Source of the DNA: a virus
Virus record (IMG/VR): IMGVR_UViG_3300043448_001007
Location: 10,281-74,280 of that record
Reading direction: 5' to 3' (one strand)
Length of the DNA: 64,000 nt
This document shows positions 29,273 through 40,220 of this stretch, piece after piece. A model generated the notes under the pieces. It ran no database searches. It was not told the origin of the DNA and saw only the letters and a program-made list of their open reading frames with translations. Positions within the stretch are counted from its first letter, which is position 1. Each line of letters begins with the position of its first letter. A program made the position numbers and the translations under genes.

Positions 29273-29800
29273 ATGAAAAAATTTGAAGCTAAAAAGAATA
29301 AAATTGATAAGAATCATGTGATATCCCATCCAGACTCCCTTCCCAAAGAAACTCCCAAAGATAAAGAACAATTTCAAGGTGGTGTGGATATAAAATCATT
29401 CGAACCGGAATTTAAATATAATTTTAATTCTACTACACAAGATGATGATATTAAAGAAAAGGATGCTGAAGATTTTATTAAACCACATAAGAAATACTTA
29501 ATGACATTTGAATCATTCTCAACTAGTTTTTGTGGTTGTTGTGAAAGATGTAATTGTACAAAAGATACAACTGAATGTTTTTGTCATTGTAAAGATTGTA
29601 TCTGTCATATAAACGGTGATGAATCAATTGGTGAATTAACTGAAACAATAGATGATGATTCTGAAACAGAACCTTGGTACGAACCGGAATGGTGCGAAGA
29701 TTGTTCAGCTTCAGATGAAGAAAATGGTATTGAATATGAACCAAATTTCACTTGGAAAGATGGTTCTTGGATTTGTGACCACTGTGGTGGATATTGTTAA
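29273..29800 (+). CDS. Cys-rich, acidic metal-binding protein
   Basis: CGCCERCNC...CFCHCKDCICH cluster; C-terminal CEDC...CDHCG; late promoter at 29246. Confidence 0.7.
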   Translation: MKKFEAKKNKIDKNHVISHPDSLPKETPKDKEQFQGGVDIKSFEPEFKYNFNSTTQDDDIKEKDAEDFIKPHKKYLMTFESFSTSFCGCCERCNCTKDTTECFCHCKDCICHINGDESIGELTETIDDDSETEPWYEPEWCEDCSASDEENGIEYEPNFTWKDGSWICDHCGGYC

Positions 29801-29810
29801 ATTATTTATC

Positions 29811-29839
29811 AAGGAGGGTTTTAATCCTCCTTTATTTTT
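29811..29839 (+). terminator. Terminator
   Basis: AAGGAGGGTT-TT-AATCCTCCTT followed by a T-rich tract. Confidence 0.65.
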
Positions 29840-29883
29840 TAAACTTTTTATTTGATTTTTTCTATTAAAAGAAAAGATTTTTA

Positions 29884-30999
29884 ATGAGTAAAATTTACCT
29901 TATAGGAGATAGCCACTTATGTCTTGGCTATCCAAATAATGTTGATAAATGGACAAAAGTTCACCAAGAATATTTCAAAGATTTTTTAATTCCACTATTA
30001 AAGGAAAAAGTTAAACCAGGTGATATTATTATTCATTTGGGTGACTTATATGATAATAGAAATGTGATTCCAATTAATCTTCTTAATTATGGGATGGAAA
30101 TCGTAGAGGAAATTTCTAAAATAGCCCCATTTCATATAATTGTTGGAAATCATGACTTATGGAGTCGCAGTGCTAGTGAAATTAATACTATTAGACCTTT
30201 TAAATATATTCCAAATGTCCATATCTATGATAAACCAACCCAAATAGAGTATAATAATTTAAGTTTATTATTAATGCCTTATATTGAATCTAAAAAAGAA
30301 CAAATTAAGGTAATGGATGATCATAAAAAATGTCATTATCTCTTTTGTCATTCAGATCTAAATGGGGCTAAAATGCACTTAACATCTGTGGCTCATAAAA
30401 ATAATGATAAAATTGACGCTGAATATTTCTCAAACTTTAAAAAAGCCTACACCGGTCACATTCACATTCGACAAGTTTTGAAGAATGTAGTGTTTGTTGG
30501 TTCTATTTTCCAGATGGATAGAAATGATTATAATGACCAAAAGGGAATTACTGTCTTGGATACTAATACTGGGGAAGAAGAATTTTTCCCTAATACAATT
30601 TCCCCCGTATTTAAAAAAGTTAAAGTAATACAAGAATCGGATTTAGTTAAACTAGAACAATTAAAAGATTCAAAAGATTGGATAGATTTAACTATCTCAA
30701 ATAATCTCCTAATCTCTTCCAGAAAAATTAGAAGAAAAATTGAATCTATTTTGGAAACTGGTGGATTTGCTACTGTTGAATATTTAGATGATATTAATAA
30801 AGAGTCTGACGAAGTAACAGAAGATGAGAAGATTACAGAAGAGAAATCTCTGGATATATCTATCCAATTAGATTATGAGGAATATATCAAAGGGTATGTT
30901 AAAAGACAAAAGTATGAAAATGAGAAAATTCAAAATGGTATTCTTTCTGAGTTTTCTGAAGTGATTAAAATATATCAAGAAAATTATAAGGATAAATAA
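29884..30999 (+). CDS. gp47: Mre11/SbcD-like recombination nuclease (gp47-like)
   Basis: Metallophosphoesterase motifs GDSH, GDLYD, GNHD, CH, GHIH. Confidence 0.85.
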   Translation: MSKIYLIGDSHLCLGYPNNVDKWTKVHQEYFKDFLIPLLKEKVKPGDIIIHLGDLYDNRNVIPINLLNYGMEIVEEISKIAPFHIIVGNHDLWSRSASEINTIRPFKYIPNVHIYDKPTQIEYNNLSLLLMPYIESKKEQIKVMDDHKKCHYLFCHSDLNGAKMHLTSVAHKNNDKIDAEYFSNFKKAYTGHIHIRQVLKNVVFVGSIFQMDRNDYNDQKGITVLDTNTGEEEFFPNTISPVFKKVKVIQESDLVKLEQLKDSKDWIDLTISNNLLISSRKIRRKIESILETGGFATVEYLDDINKESDEVTEDEKITEEKSLDISIQLDYEEYIKGYVKRQKYENEKIQNGILSEFSEVIKIYQENYKDK

Positions 31000-31010
31000 A
31001 ATATAATCAC

Positions 31011-31018
31011 TATATTTG
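31011..31018 (+). promoter_or_regulatory. Bacteroidota sigma-A -7 element
   Basis: TATATTTG just upstream of ATG 31027. Confidence 0.55.
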
Positions 31019-31026
31019 TAAAATAA

Positions 31027-31677
31027 ATGGAATTTATGAAAATAAAAAAATTTAAAGAATACCAATTATTAAATGGTATTGAGGTAATTAAAAAGTTAAA
31101 ATTGGAAGATCATTTAGGTAACTTACTAAATGATAATAAATCAAATAATGCTCCTTACCATAACCTTAATCATACTTTATGTGTAATTAAGAATGTGTAT
31201 TATTTAGCTAATCAAGAAGACTTAAATAATAAGGAAATTAAAAATTTAGTATTAGCCGCTATCTATCATGATTTTAATCACTCACAAGGTGAAAAGAAAG
31301 ATGATGAGAATATCAAAGAAGCTATTAAAGCTTTAAAGAAATATGTAGAAGGTGATACAACAGATATTGAAGAACTAATCAAAGCCACTCAATATCCATA
31401 TGTAATAGAAGATAAAGATTTATCTGATTCACAGAAGGTACTTAAAGATGCTGACGTTATGCAAATATTTGAGGATAATTTTATTCAACAAGTTATCTAT
31501 GGATTATCTACCGAATTAAAGATGAGTGTTAAGGATTTCCTACCTATTCAAATAAAGTTTTTAGATAATTTGAAATATTATACTAAAGCCGCTCAAGAGA
31601 TAAGTAAAAGTAGACTCTCTACAATAAAAGATGAAACTAATTTTTTGATAGATTTATTAAACAAAAAGTCCGAATAA
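31027..31677 (+). CDS. HD-domain metal-dependent phosphohydrolase
   Basis: PYHNLNH...AAIYHD...LKDAD. Confidence 0.8.
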   Translation: MEFMKIKKFKEYQLLNGIEVIKKLKLEDHLGNLLNDNKSNNAPYHNLNHTLCVIKNVYYLANQEDLNNKEIKNLVLAAIYHDFNHSQGEKKDDENIKEAIKALKKYVEGDTTDIEELIKATQYPYVIEDKDLSDSQKVLKDADVMQIFEDNFIQQVIYGLSTELKMSVKDFLPIQIKFLDNLKYYTKAAQEISKSRLSTIKDETNFLIDLLNKKSE

Positions 31678-31690
31678 ATTCGGACTTTTT
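31663..31690. terminator. Bidirectional terminator
   Basis: AAAAAGTCCGAAT-AA-ATTCGGACTTTTT. Confidence 0.8.
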
Positions 31691-31695
31691 AAATA

Positions 31696-32322
31696 TTAGT
31701 AACCAGCCACAAATGGAGGTTGAATTGTAAAGTTATTATCAATCCATTCATCGATAAAGTAATCAGATACAAAATCAACTTGAGCTCCATCCCAAATTCC
31801 TTGACCACTCCAATCTAATGATGGACCACCTGCTACTTTTGTAACTTGACAGTTTTGGAAAGTAACTCGTCTCAAAACTAATCCTTTTTTATCGTGTTGA
31901 TTTACAATCAGAGTCCCGATACAATCAGCTTTATAATGTAAATAACCATTTTGTGAATTCCAACCCAAGTCATACCAAGCTCTCATAATATTCCAAGTTT
32001 CCATAGCTCCTTGATCATTTACGTTGATATTAAATTTAATACTTGGCTTAGTTGTTGTTTCACTTGGACCAGCATTTAGGAAAGCTCTAGTGCTATATTT
32101 ATATCTTTGTTCAGAAACTCCAATATCCTTAGTTGTGATGCCTAAATCAATAGATGTTGATTGTTGTAACATTAAAACCGGATCTCTACCCTGAGCTTGT
32201 AATATTTGAGGTAATACAAATGTGATCTCAAATAGATTTTGGTAAACTGGTTCTTGTGGAATGGTTCCTGGGCCGCCGGGCGCCCCTACCATGCTTAACT
32301 GAGTATAATGTGGTAAAGCCAT
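31696..32322 (-). CDS. gp19: Tail tube protein (gp19-like)
   Basis: EPVYQNLFEITF, MRAWYDL, YKAD..G.LIV.Q.DK.G.V.R...F, LDW, F..DY. Confidence 0.75.
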   Translation of the reverse strand: MALPHYTQLSMVGAPGGPGTIPQEPVYQNLFEITFVLPQILQAQGRDPVLMLQQSTSIDLGITTKDIGVSEQRYKYSTRAFLNAGPSETTTKPSIKFNINVNDQGAMETWNIMRAWYDLGWNSQNGYLHYKADCIGTLIVNQHDKKGLVLRRVTFQNCQVTKVAGGPSLDWSGQGIWDGAQVDFVSDYFIDEWIDNNFTIQPPFVAGY

Positions 32323-32498
32323 ATTAATTTTTTATTTTTTATGTTAAGAAAACTTTTTCTTATAATCTATATATAATAAAATTTTTCTTTCCTACTTATC
32401 TATATATTAAAAATAAAAACCATATTTTGATAAATTAGAAAAATGTTAGTATTAAGAGGTGTTGATTTTAATATATAAAAATAAAGTAATCATTATTA

Positions 32499-35400
32499 AT
32501 GTTTAGTTTAAACCAACATCTTTTATATCCTATAGTAAAGAGTGATAGATTCAGATTTCGACATGATGGTGGACATTCTGATTCGGTTGGAAATGTTTCA
32601 ACAATAACAAATTCTTTCCAAGATGGATCTTTAAATACATCATCACCACAAGAAGTGGAACCATTTATTGAAACAACAACCCCCAAAAGTGAATTAAGAT
32701 TCTTTGATAAAGAAGGGAATAGTTTAAATTATATCTATAATGAAGACCTTGGAAGATATGAGGGTGACATATATTTCCATGAAAATTCTAGTGATACATT
32801 CAAAACACAAACTTTATTTTTATTAGAAAATATATCAGCTTTTCAGTATGAAAATCCAGATTTAATGACACTAAAAAAGTTTCAACTTTTTAATGAAAGG
32901 GGATTTCATTTTTATCCGGGTAATTATGTAGATAAAAAAATAAAAAGAGTAATTCCAGTTAATAATGATGTAACTTTTTACTCTAAATGGGTTTATGGTG
33001 ATAATTTTGATTTCTATTTTCCAAAAGGGACTATTATACGATTTGATAGTAGTTTAATGGAGTTTAATAATCCAAATCAAAGTTATGTAGTAACTTCGGC
33101 TAAAAAAGATGCTATTTTAATTGTATCTCTGTTGGATAACTTCCAGTTTACAAATTTATATTCTGGAATTTGGGATTTGGATTCAACTTATATTGGTAAA
33201 TCTATTTCATCAATTAATATTATTGGTATTTATGATTATATTGACTCTTTTACATTAAGAGACAAGTTATCACCTTGGAATGAGCCAAGTTTTTATGATC
33301 GATTATATGCTGGAAGAAAATTAAATATTGTAAATAGTGATAAAAACGACAATTATAAAAATACTAAAGATTTTGAGGAAGTTAATGTTGTTACATTAGA
33401 TAATAATGAGATGATTGATATTGTTCATTATGAATATAATACTATTACTAATAAAATTACAGGTGATTTAATAATAGAGGCGATATCTAAAACCGACCTA
33501 CCTTTAATTTACAAAAATGGACTTAATTTTAACTCATCAAATTCAACTCTAGAGTTTGGTGATACAATACCACAAATATTAAAACCGGGTTCTAATTTTA
33601 AAGTTCAAAACTCCGTATCCAATACAGATATATTTTCTGTTAGTCCTATTCAAAGTTTTAAAGGAAATGTTGTTACGACATATTATCAAGTTGGTAATCA
33701 AGTTATGTGGAATAATGATATTTATCAATGTATAAATTCCTATACTTGGTCAGCTACATCATCTATAACACCGGATGATTCTAATTATTGGTCAAATTTA
33801 CCAACTTATCTACCAATAAATCCATCACCCGTTAATGAAAATTTATTATTGGGTGATTTATATTTGACAAATAATAAATTTTATTTTACGCAAACATTCA
33901 CCGCTTCTGGAATAGTTACGGCTGCTTCGGCTGTTGAAAATTTTAAGAATGAACTAAAATCATTAGATATTGATTTTTATTTAAATAATTTTTCATTAAA
34001 AGCGGATTTAATATATCCAACTAATTATTGTGAAGTTAACTTCTATAATGGATTTGTCGGACCAACAACTTCAATCGGTAATATTAGTTTAGTTTATGAA
34101 AGAGCTTTGGAGGTTAGGGAACAATTAGTTAAGGAGTTCAATTATGATTATAGTCAAAATTATAGTTATAATATTGTAATTACCGATTTAGATGAATATG
34201 GATTAATTGTTAAAGTTAATAAAATGGTATATCAAACTGAAACCCAATTTTTATATTCAATGGGTCAAATCGATATGCAAAGAACTATTGACAAGACATT
34301 AAGATATTGGTTAACTAAGAGTTTTGCAAGATTAATGACATTAGGTATTATACCAACTTTACAAACAATTGGAAATAATTCACCATATTATAATTCTATA
34401 AATTTAAGAACCCAATTTCCAAATGTTCCATTACAATGGGAAGTTTTAGTGGGGTCTACTGCTGACTTTTATGTTGAACATACATTATTAACTATCAATG
34501 ATATGGGATCTTTCCTTTCCATTAAAGTTAATAATAGATCATATGATATAAAAACTATTATGTCAAGTCCATATATTCCTGACATTGCACAAACTTTATC
34601 TGATTGGGTAGAAGAACATCAAAATATATTAGAAAGTTATGGTATATATGTTGTCAATTCAGCATCATCATTAGATTTTAGAGTTAAAAAACAAACACAA
34701 AGATTAGATTTAATTGTTAATGTTGGTAAGTCTTCACTACCAGGTATAAACCTATATCAGATATTAAAAAGATCAAAAGGAAATCAAGGAACAATTATTA
34801 CATCTAATGAGATAAAATTAAATACAGATAATGGTGATTCTTTAGAGGAAGTTGGATTTGCTACTGGTATGATAACTGGTATAAATGAAACTATCTACCC
34901 TCTTCAAAATCAAGAATATAATATTTTATATTTGCAACCCGAAACAATAAATCTTAGTTATGAAGGTCCTTTCTGGGGAATGACCGATTCCCTATGTGAA
35001 CAATCACCTTTTGTAACGGTTGCTTTCAGTATTGGGTATGGTGCTACAGGATGCCCGACTGATTTTTTAGCTGGGACATCAAATGCTGGTATGTTTGATA
35101 ATACTATGTTTAGTAATGATTTTAGTATTAATTACATGAATACAAATACATATTCAGTAAATAATTATAATCTATTTGCTTTAGGTGGGGCTGATGATAT
35201 GGTTGATATATTATACATTCCAAATGTATCATCTATGTATATCTTAGGGAAAGACCTTTTGGTCTTTGACGCCCTAACGGCTCAACAAACAACAACAATT
35301 TTATTGAATAGTGGAACATATTCTGTGGATATGGTATTTAACCCAATCACTAACTATTTATATGCTATTACAAAGAATTCACTTTATAAAATAGATCCAT

Positions 35401-38351
35401 ATATCAATCAAATAATATCAACTTATTCTATAAGTGGTGAAGGATATGAGATTAATTATAGTCAAAATGGTGATATTTATATCACAACCGATTTAGGAAT
35501 ATCAATATTTGATAATACTGGATTAGTTAATTCATTATCATTACCGAGTTATCATATCGTTTCTAATGATTTTGAAAATGATATGTATGCTGTGGGTAGA
35601 GATGGATCATCTCTTTATAGAATTGATGGATCATCTAGAACATTACAAACAACCTATACTATAAGTGGATTAACAAATTCAATAGTATATGATCCAACAA
35701 ATGAATCTATTTATGTTTGGGGATCATCATTATATAAAGTTATGAATGGTCAGGTGGCTACTGCTTCCCTATTAACACCAGGTGGGTTTGAAGATATGTT
35801 ATTTAATAACTTAACCAATACTTTAAGTTTATCTTCAGATAATTCTACAATAACATCGTTGAGTTTAGAAGATGATTCAATTAATTATACACAATTTAAT
35901 GGATATTGGGGGTATCAAGTAATTAACCAGTATGATGGTGATATTTATATATCATCACAAGGAATTAATCAAGTAACTGTTGTTGATAATGTTACTGGTA
36001 ATGTAAAACATATTGTTCCCCTAATTGGTGGATTATCTACTAGATTAGCTTATAACCCTTTAAGAAAAAGCATTTGGACAATCCAACCAGTTCCAAAGAA
36101 TGTGGTAGAGATTGAAGTTACTTTAAATAATTACATTACTTTAAATATTCCAGATTATTTGAATATAAGAGAGAATTCATTAGGGACATTAGATGAAAAT
36201 TATAAGTATAAGAAATATCTTTGGTTACATACTCAAGATTATCTTCGTCGTCCAAGAATGAATTTTAATAATGAACCATATGCTAAATATTATTGGAGAT
36301 GGTTTTCTGATAACGTACCACAATTCTTTATGTATGATTTTACAGGTAATCAATTACCAACATCTGGTCCGTTATCATATACTGGTGAGAAACCCTTACC
36401 AACTGTTGTTTTAAATAGAAAAGCAAATAGAGATACTAATAAAAGGGGAATATCAGAAGCTCAACAAACTATATTTGATCAAATATATGAAACTTTAGAA
36501 CATGTTGATGATGAGAATGATGTATCCAGTGTTCCAGAACCTATACAATTATTTATTGGATTCAATTCACCAGATGAAGGAGCATTGAGAAGTATATTAC
36601 AATTATATTTACAAGAGGATGTAGATTTTACAGTCACAACTAATAATTTGAATTTGGATGAAATACGTTTTGAGACAATAATTGATGGTGATGATAGATA
36701 TGGTAAAATAACACTAAATGAAAATTCAACCTCTAATTTTATTAATGATATTAATGACTTACCAAGAGGACTAAAGATAGGTCAACATTTAGCAATATTT
36801 ATTAAAGATCTAACAAATACAAAAGATCAATATCTTTCTAAAAATAATGGATACCTATTAAAAATAAGAGAGGTATATAATAGAGAAATTATTGTAGATT
36901 TTTTCCAAGATATTGACGAATTACATTCTGAATCAACAATCATAAATGACTATCCACATCATGGTAAAACAACATATCTTTCAACAAGATTTAAAGTTTG
37001 GGATAAAGAGATTGGTAGATTTAATGTTTTGGGTCAAACCGAAATAGAAGATATTCGATATAGAACAGAACTTGGTAATGTTGGTAAATTAATAAATCCA
37101 GAAGATACTTATATTTTTAAAGATTATGATATAAAAGAGGATGGGATTGATTGGGTTTATTTAAATGCTAAGAGAAAGGAAATGTTAATGATGAAACATT
37201 TAATATATCCTTATATTGGAAGTTATAAATCAATAATTAATGCTATAAATTATTTTGGGTATAACGATTTAGTCCTAAATGAATATTATAGAAATATAAA
37301 TCCAGATTCTCCTGAATTCTTGAAATTATTTAAAGTTGAGATTCCGGATATATTTGATCCATCTGTTCCTGGTTGGAGTGATAAAGATTTCTTGAAACAT
37401 ACTTTCCCAAATCCATCATTTGAAGATACAAATTTATTTAATCTTACTTATGATATAACTGATAAGGAAGGTAATAATATTTTAACATATACTTTAGAAG
37501 AAGTTCAGAAAAAACTTCAAGGTCTAAAGATTTGGTTACAGAAAAATATCATACCATTAACACACAAAATATTAGATATTAGTGGTAGGGCATATGTAAC
37601 ATCAACAAATCATATCAAACATAATTTACATGATGCTACTGTTTTAAGAATTCATGAAAAATTAACACCAGTTGTTGGGTATTTAAGAGAGGCCTATTTA
37701 ATGCCAGTAAATAATGGTTCAACTGTTTATAACTGTGTGATTGATTTTGGAACCGGTTCTACTCAATCTTTGCCAGATACATATGAAATAAATATTACAA
37801 CTTATGAAATTTATCGAGAATGGTATCCATTTAAAATATATGATCAAGGTAATAGAGTAATTTACTATGATAAATTATATGAGTCTGTTATACCAGAAAA
37901 TAGAGTTAATAATCCAAGAAAATATGAGAATACACCTTCTTGGTCTAATTCTGTAACATATAAAGTAGCTGATATTGTTGAATATAATCGAGAGTTTTAT
38001 GTGTACTCTGGTACTATGTCTATGACATCTAGTGTATCTCCAAATGTTGATATATCTAATTGGATAAATGTTACTGAATGGAAAGAAATCGATTTAGTTC
38101 CTATTCAACATATTAAAGAAGTTAGAAAGGCTAACAATTTATTACCATATAATTTTGTGATTGATTCAAATATAGATCCTTTTATTAGAGTTGAAATTAC
38201 ATCTGATAATGGATATGGGTCAACATATACACAAAGAAGAAATTATGATATTAAAGGAGTATTGGATATACGAGAGTTAGAATCTTATACAAATTTAACA
38301 AGTAAACAATATATAAGAGCAATAATACCAATTGTCTATCCAGAAAATTAA
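32499..38351 (+). CDS. Large baseplate wedge/tail protein with beta-propeller and CBM-like Trp repeats
   Basis: 1950 aa; YIGSYKSIINAINYFGY wedge-like motif; YVTN-like repeats; 'YQVGNQVMWN' and 'WSNSVTYKVADIVEYN' motifs. Confidence 0.6.
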   Translation: MFSLNQHLLYPIVKSDRFRFRHDGGHSDSVGNVSTITNSFQDGSLNTSSPQEVEPFIETTTPKSELRFFDKEGNSLNYIYNEDLGRYEGDIYFHENSSDTFKTQTLFLLENISAFQYENPDLMTLKKFQLFNERGFHFYPGNYVDKKIKRVIPVNNDVTFYSKWVYGDNFDFYFPKGTIIRFDSSLMEFNNPNQSYVVTSAKKDAILIVSLLDNFQFTNLYSGIWDLDSTYIGKSISSINIIGIYDYIDSFTLRDKLSPWNEPSFYDRLYAGRKLNIVNSDKNDNYKNTKDFEEVNVVTLDNNEMIDIVHYEYNTITNKITGDLIIEAISKTDLPLIYKNGLNFNSSNSTLEFGDTIPQILKPGSNFKVQNSVSNTDIFSVSPIQSFKGNVVTTYYQVGNQVMWNNDIYQCINSYTWSATSSITPDDSNYWSNLPTYLPINPSPVNENLLLGDLYLTNNKFYFTQTFTASGIVTAASAVENFKNELKSLDIDFYLNNFSLKADLIYPTNYCEVNFYNGFVGPTTSIGNISLVYERALEVREQLVKEFNYDYSQNYSYNIVITDLDEYGLIVKVNKMVYQTETQFLYSMGQIDMQRTIDKTLRYWLTKSFARLMTLGIIPTLQTIGNNSPYYNSINLRTQFPNVPLQWEVLVGSTADFYVEHTLLTINDMGSFLSIKVNNRSYDIKTIMSSPYIPDIAQTLSDWVEEHQNILESYGIYVVNSASSLDFRVKKQTQRLDLIVNVGKSSLPGINLYQILKRSKGNQGTIITSNEIKLNTDNGDSLEEVGFATGMITGINETIYPLQNQEYNILYLQPETINLSYEGPFWGMTDSLCEQSPFVTVAFSIGYGATGCPTDFLAGTSNAGMFDNTMFSNDFSINYMNTNTYSVNNYNLFALGGADDMVDILYIPNVSSMYILGKDLLVFDALTAQQTTTILLNSGTYSVDMVFNPITNYLYAITKNSLYKIDPYINQIISTYSISGEGYEINYSQNGDIYITTDLGISIFDNTGLVNSLSLPSYHIVSNDFENDMYAVGRDGSSLYRIDGSSRTLQTTYTISGLTNSIVYDPTNESIYVWGSSLYKVMNGQVATASLLTPGGFEDMLFNNLTNTLSLSSDNSTITSLSLEDDSINYTQFNGYWGYQVINQYDGDIYISSQGINQVTVVDNVTGNVKHIVPLIGGLSTRLAYNPLRKSIWTIQPVPKNVVEIEVTLNNYITLNIPDYLNIRENSLGTLDENYKYKKYLWLHTQDYLRRPRMNFNNEPYAKYYWRWFSDNVPQFFMYDFTGNQLPTSGPLSYTGEKPLPTVVLNRKANRDTNKRGISEAQQTIFDQIYETLEHVDDENDVSSVPEPIQLFIGFNSPDEGALRSILQLYLQEDVDFTVTTNNLNLDEIRFETIIDGDDRYGKITLNENSTSNFINDINDLPRGLKIGQHLAIFIKDLTNTKDQYLSKNNGYLLKIREVYNREIIVDFFQDIDELHSESTIINDYPHHGKTTYLSTRFKVWDKEIGRFNVLGQTEIEDIRYRTELGNVGKLINPEDTYIFKDYDIKEDGIDWVYLNAKRKEMLMMKHLIYPYIGSYKSIINAINYFGYNDLVLNEYYRNINPDSPEFLKLFKVEIPDIFDPSVPGWSDKDFLKHTFPNPSFEDTNLFNLTYDITDKEGNNILTYTLEEVQKKLQGLKIWLQKNIIPLTHKILDISGRAYVTSTNHIKHNLHDATVLRIHEKLTPVVGYLREAYLMPVNNGSTVYNCVIDFGTGSTQSLPDTYEINITTYEIYREWYPFKIYDQGNRVIYYDKLYESVIPENRVNNPRKYENTPSWSNSVTYKVADIVEYNREFYVYSGTMSMTSSVSPNVDISNWINVTEWKEIDLVPIQHIKEVRKANNLLPYNFVIDSNIDPFIRVEITSDNGYGSTYTQRRNYDIKGVLDIRELESYTNLTSKQYIRAIIPIVYPEN

Positions 38352-38372
38352 TATATAAAAAAAACAAGTTTT

Positions 38373-38627
38373 ATGAAACATATTAGGAAATTTTCAACTT
38401 TTAACGAGAACAAAACCGATGGATTTGTTGTGGCAGCTAAAGATTTAATAGATGGTACAAAAATGTATAAAAATGACTATTCAGAAAAGAGATATAATCA
38501 AATCATAGAGTTGGAGAAACTTATTTATGGGAATGAAGAGGATCGTAAAAAATTTGTTAAATCAATAAAGAGACTTTTGGGAATATCTGAATGGGACTTA
38601 CCAAATGAACTCTATAAATATTTATAA
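38373..38627 (+). CDS. Small protein with 'MKHIRKFSTFNE' N-terminus
   Basis: Late promoter at 38349-38357. Confidence 0.7.
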   Translation: MKHIRKFSTFNENKTDGFVVAAKDLIDGTKMYKNDYSEKRYNQIIELEKLIYGNEEDRKKFVKSIKRLLGISEWDLPNELYKYL

Positions 38628-38632
38628 TTTAT

Positions 38633-39010
38633 ATGGCAGAATTTGATTTTAGAGATTTTTATATTGGATATGAAGGACATCCTAGATGGACTATTAATAG
38701 GATAATAACCGATGATGCTGTTCGAGTTATTGTACAAAAGTACGAAATGTTACTTTTTACTAATAAAGGTGAAGTCTTGGGTGATCCTGATTTTGGATGT
38801 GATTTGGAAAAACTACTTCACGAAACATCAGTCTCGGCCGAATCGGTGGAAAAATTAATTCATGAGCAAATAGTTAAATATATTCCAGAGATAATCGATA
38901 TTGACTATCTCTTGGAAGTTAGTTTTGAAGAAGACCCTGAAAATTATCAAGATGTGATGATTATTAATTTCTCAATCGGTGAAAATGAAATAAATGCTGT
39001 TATCTCATAA
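38633..39010 (+). CDS. gp25: Baseplate wedge protein gp25-like (sheath initiator)
   Basis: LLFTNKGEVLGDPDFGCDLEKLLHE. Confidence 0.85.
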   Translation: MAEFDFRDFYIGYEGHPRWTINRIITDDAVRVIVQKYEMLLFTNKGEVLGDPDFGCDLEKLLHETSVSAESVEKLIHEQIVKYIPEIIDIDYLLEVSFEEDPENYQDVMIINFSIGENEINAVIS

Positions 39011-39154
39011 TTATCTTCGATAGGGTTTACCACCTTTATTTGAATGTCTCGGTTGCCATGTTTGTTGCATATGACCATTTTGACAAGATGGTAACCAGAT
39101 ACCAATCAAATAGATACCCACTATTAATAAAGTTAGAATTTTAAAATTTTTCAT
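39011..39154 (-). CDS. 47-aa lipoprotein (not in ORF track)
   Basis: MKNFKILTLLIVGIYLIGIWLPSCQNGHMQQTWQPRHSNKGGKPYRR; lipobox-like LPS|C. Confidence 0.55.
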   Translation of the reverse strand: MKNFKILTLLIVGIYLIGIWLPSCQNGHMQQTWQPRHSNKGGKPYRR

Positions 39155-39176
39155 AATATTTATTATTATTTTTTAA

Positions 39177-40136
39177 TTATTTCATAATATCTTGAATTTT
39201 ACCAATAATGGTCATTCCAACAATGATAGGATCAGAATCTTTTTCTAACTTTTCTCGATAATCTGTAATAATATAGTTAGCTTCAAACAACTGACATATT
39301 TTCTCTTTCTTATTTTCTAAACAATAATCAATAAATGGTCTTCCGAGTAAATCAATCATTTTATCTATTCTTTCCGGTCCAAAATTTGACATCAAAAAAT
39401 GATATATTTTTTCATAATCTCTATCACCGAATATAACAGAATATAAGTCATCTTGCGTTTTCTTTCCAATATTTTTTTCAGAACTCCCTCCACCTACACC
39501 AATTAAAAAATCTTGTAAGTCATTATATAGTGCTCGGTTATCTGGAAATCTTTTATTAATTATTTTTATTAAATCATCTTTTTCTATTTTTATACCTTCA
39601 GATTGACAAACATCATTCATTAATTTCTGATATAAATCTCTCTTCATTTCCCTTTCTTCATTGGCTGCTGGTTCAAAGTCCAGTAAAGTAAATCGAGATT
39701 TTTTAATAGCATCTGTTAATTTACTTAAATGGTTAGTAGTTAGTATAAATCTAACATTATTAGCACTATAATGTTCAACAAAGGCTTTAAAAGCATCTTG
39801 AAAATTGGTAGATACTTTTTCAAATTCATCTAAAAAAACATATTTCATTCCATCTTCACAATCCATCATTGGCTTTGTTTTACAAAACTTATCAATTTCA
39901 TTTCTTAAAACTTCAATAGATGTATAGAGTGAACTATTTATTTCTAAATAAGCTTTATCTCCTGAATATTTACCGATTAAAATTCTGGCTAATGATGTTT
40001 TGCCAGTTCCATAGGGTCCATAAAAAATATAATTCTTGGTGATTCCATTCCTAAAGTGGTCTTTAATTCGAGATGGTAGGATTAAATCCTCCATTTTTTT
40101 AGGTCTCCACTTCTCATATAATATTTCGTTCTTCAT
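39177..40136 (-). CDS. gp44: Clamp loader AAA+ subunit (gp44/RFC-like)
   Basis: EKWRP, Walker A GPYGTGKTS, Walker B FLDEFE, FILTTN, KSRF. Confidence 0.9.
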   Translation of the reverse strand: MKNEILYEKWRPKKMEDLILPSRIKDHFRNGITKNYIFYGPYGTGKTSLARILIGKYSGDKAYLEINSSLYTSIEVLRNEIDKFCKTKPMMDCEDGMKYVFLDEFEKVSTNFQDAFKAFVEHYSANNVRFILTTNHLSKLTDAIKKSRFTLLDFEPAANEEREMKRDLYQKLMNDVCQSEGIKIEKDDLIKIINKRFPDNRALYNDLQDFLIGVGGGSSEKNIGKKTQDDLYSVIFGDRDYEKIYHFLMSNFGPERIDKMIDLLGRPFIDYCLENKKEKICQLFEANYIITDYREKLEKDSDPIIVGMTIIGKIQDIMK

Positions 40137-40220
40137 AAAAATAACTTTAGATTAATTTTATTAAAGAATGTGTTAAAAGTTTATTTATGAATTTTAATAT
40201 ATAAAAGAAAAATTAAAATT

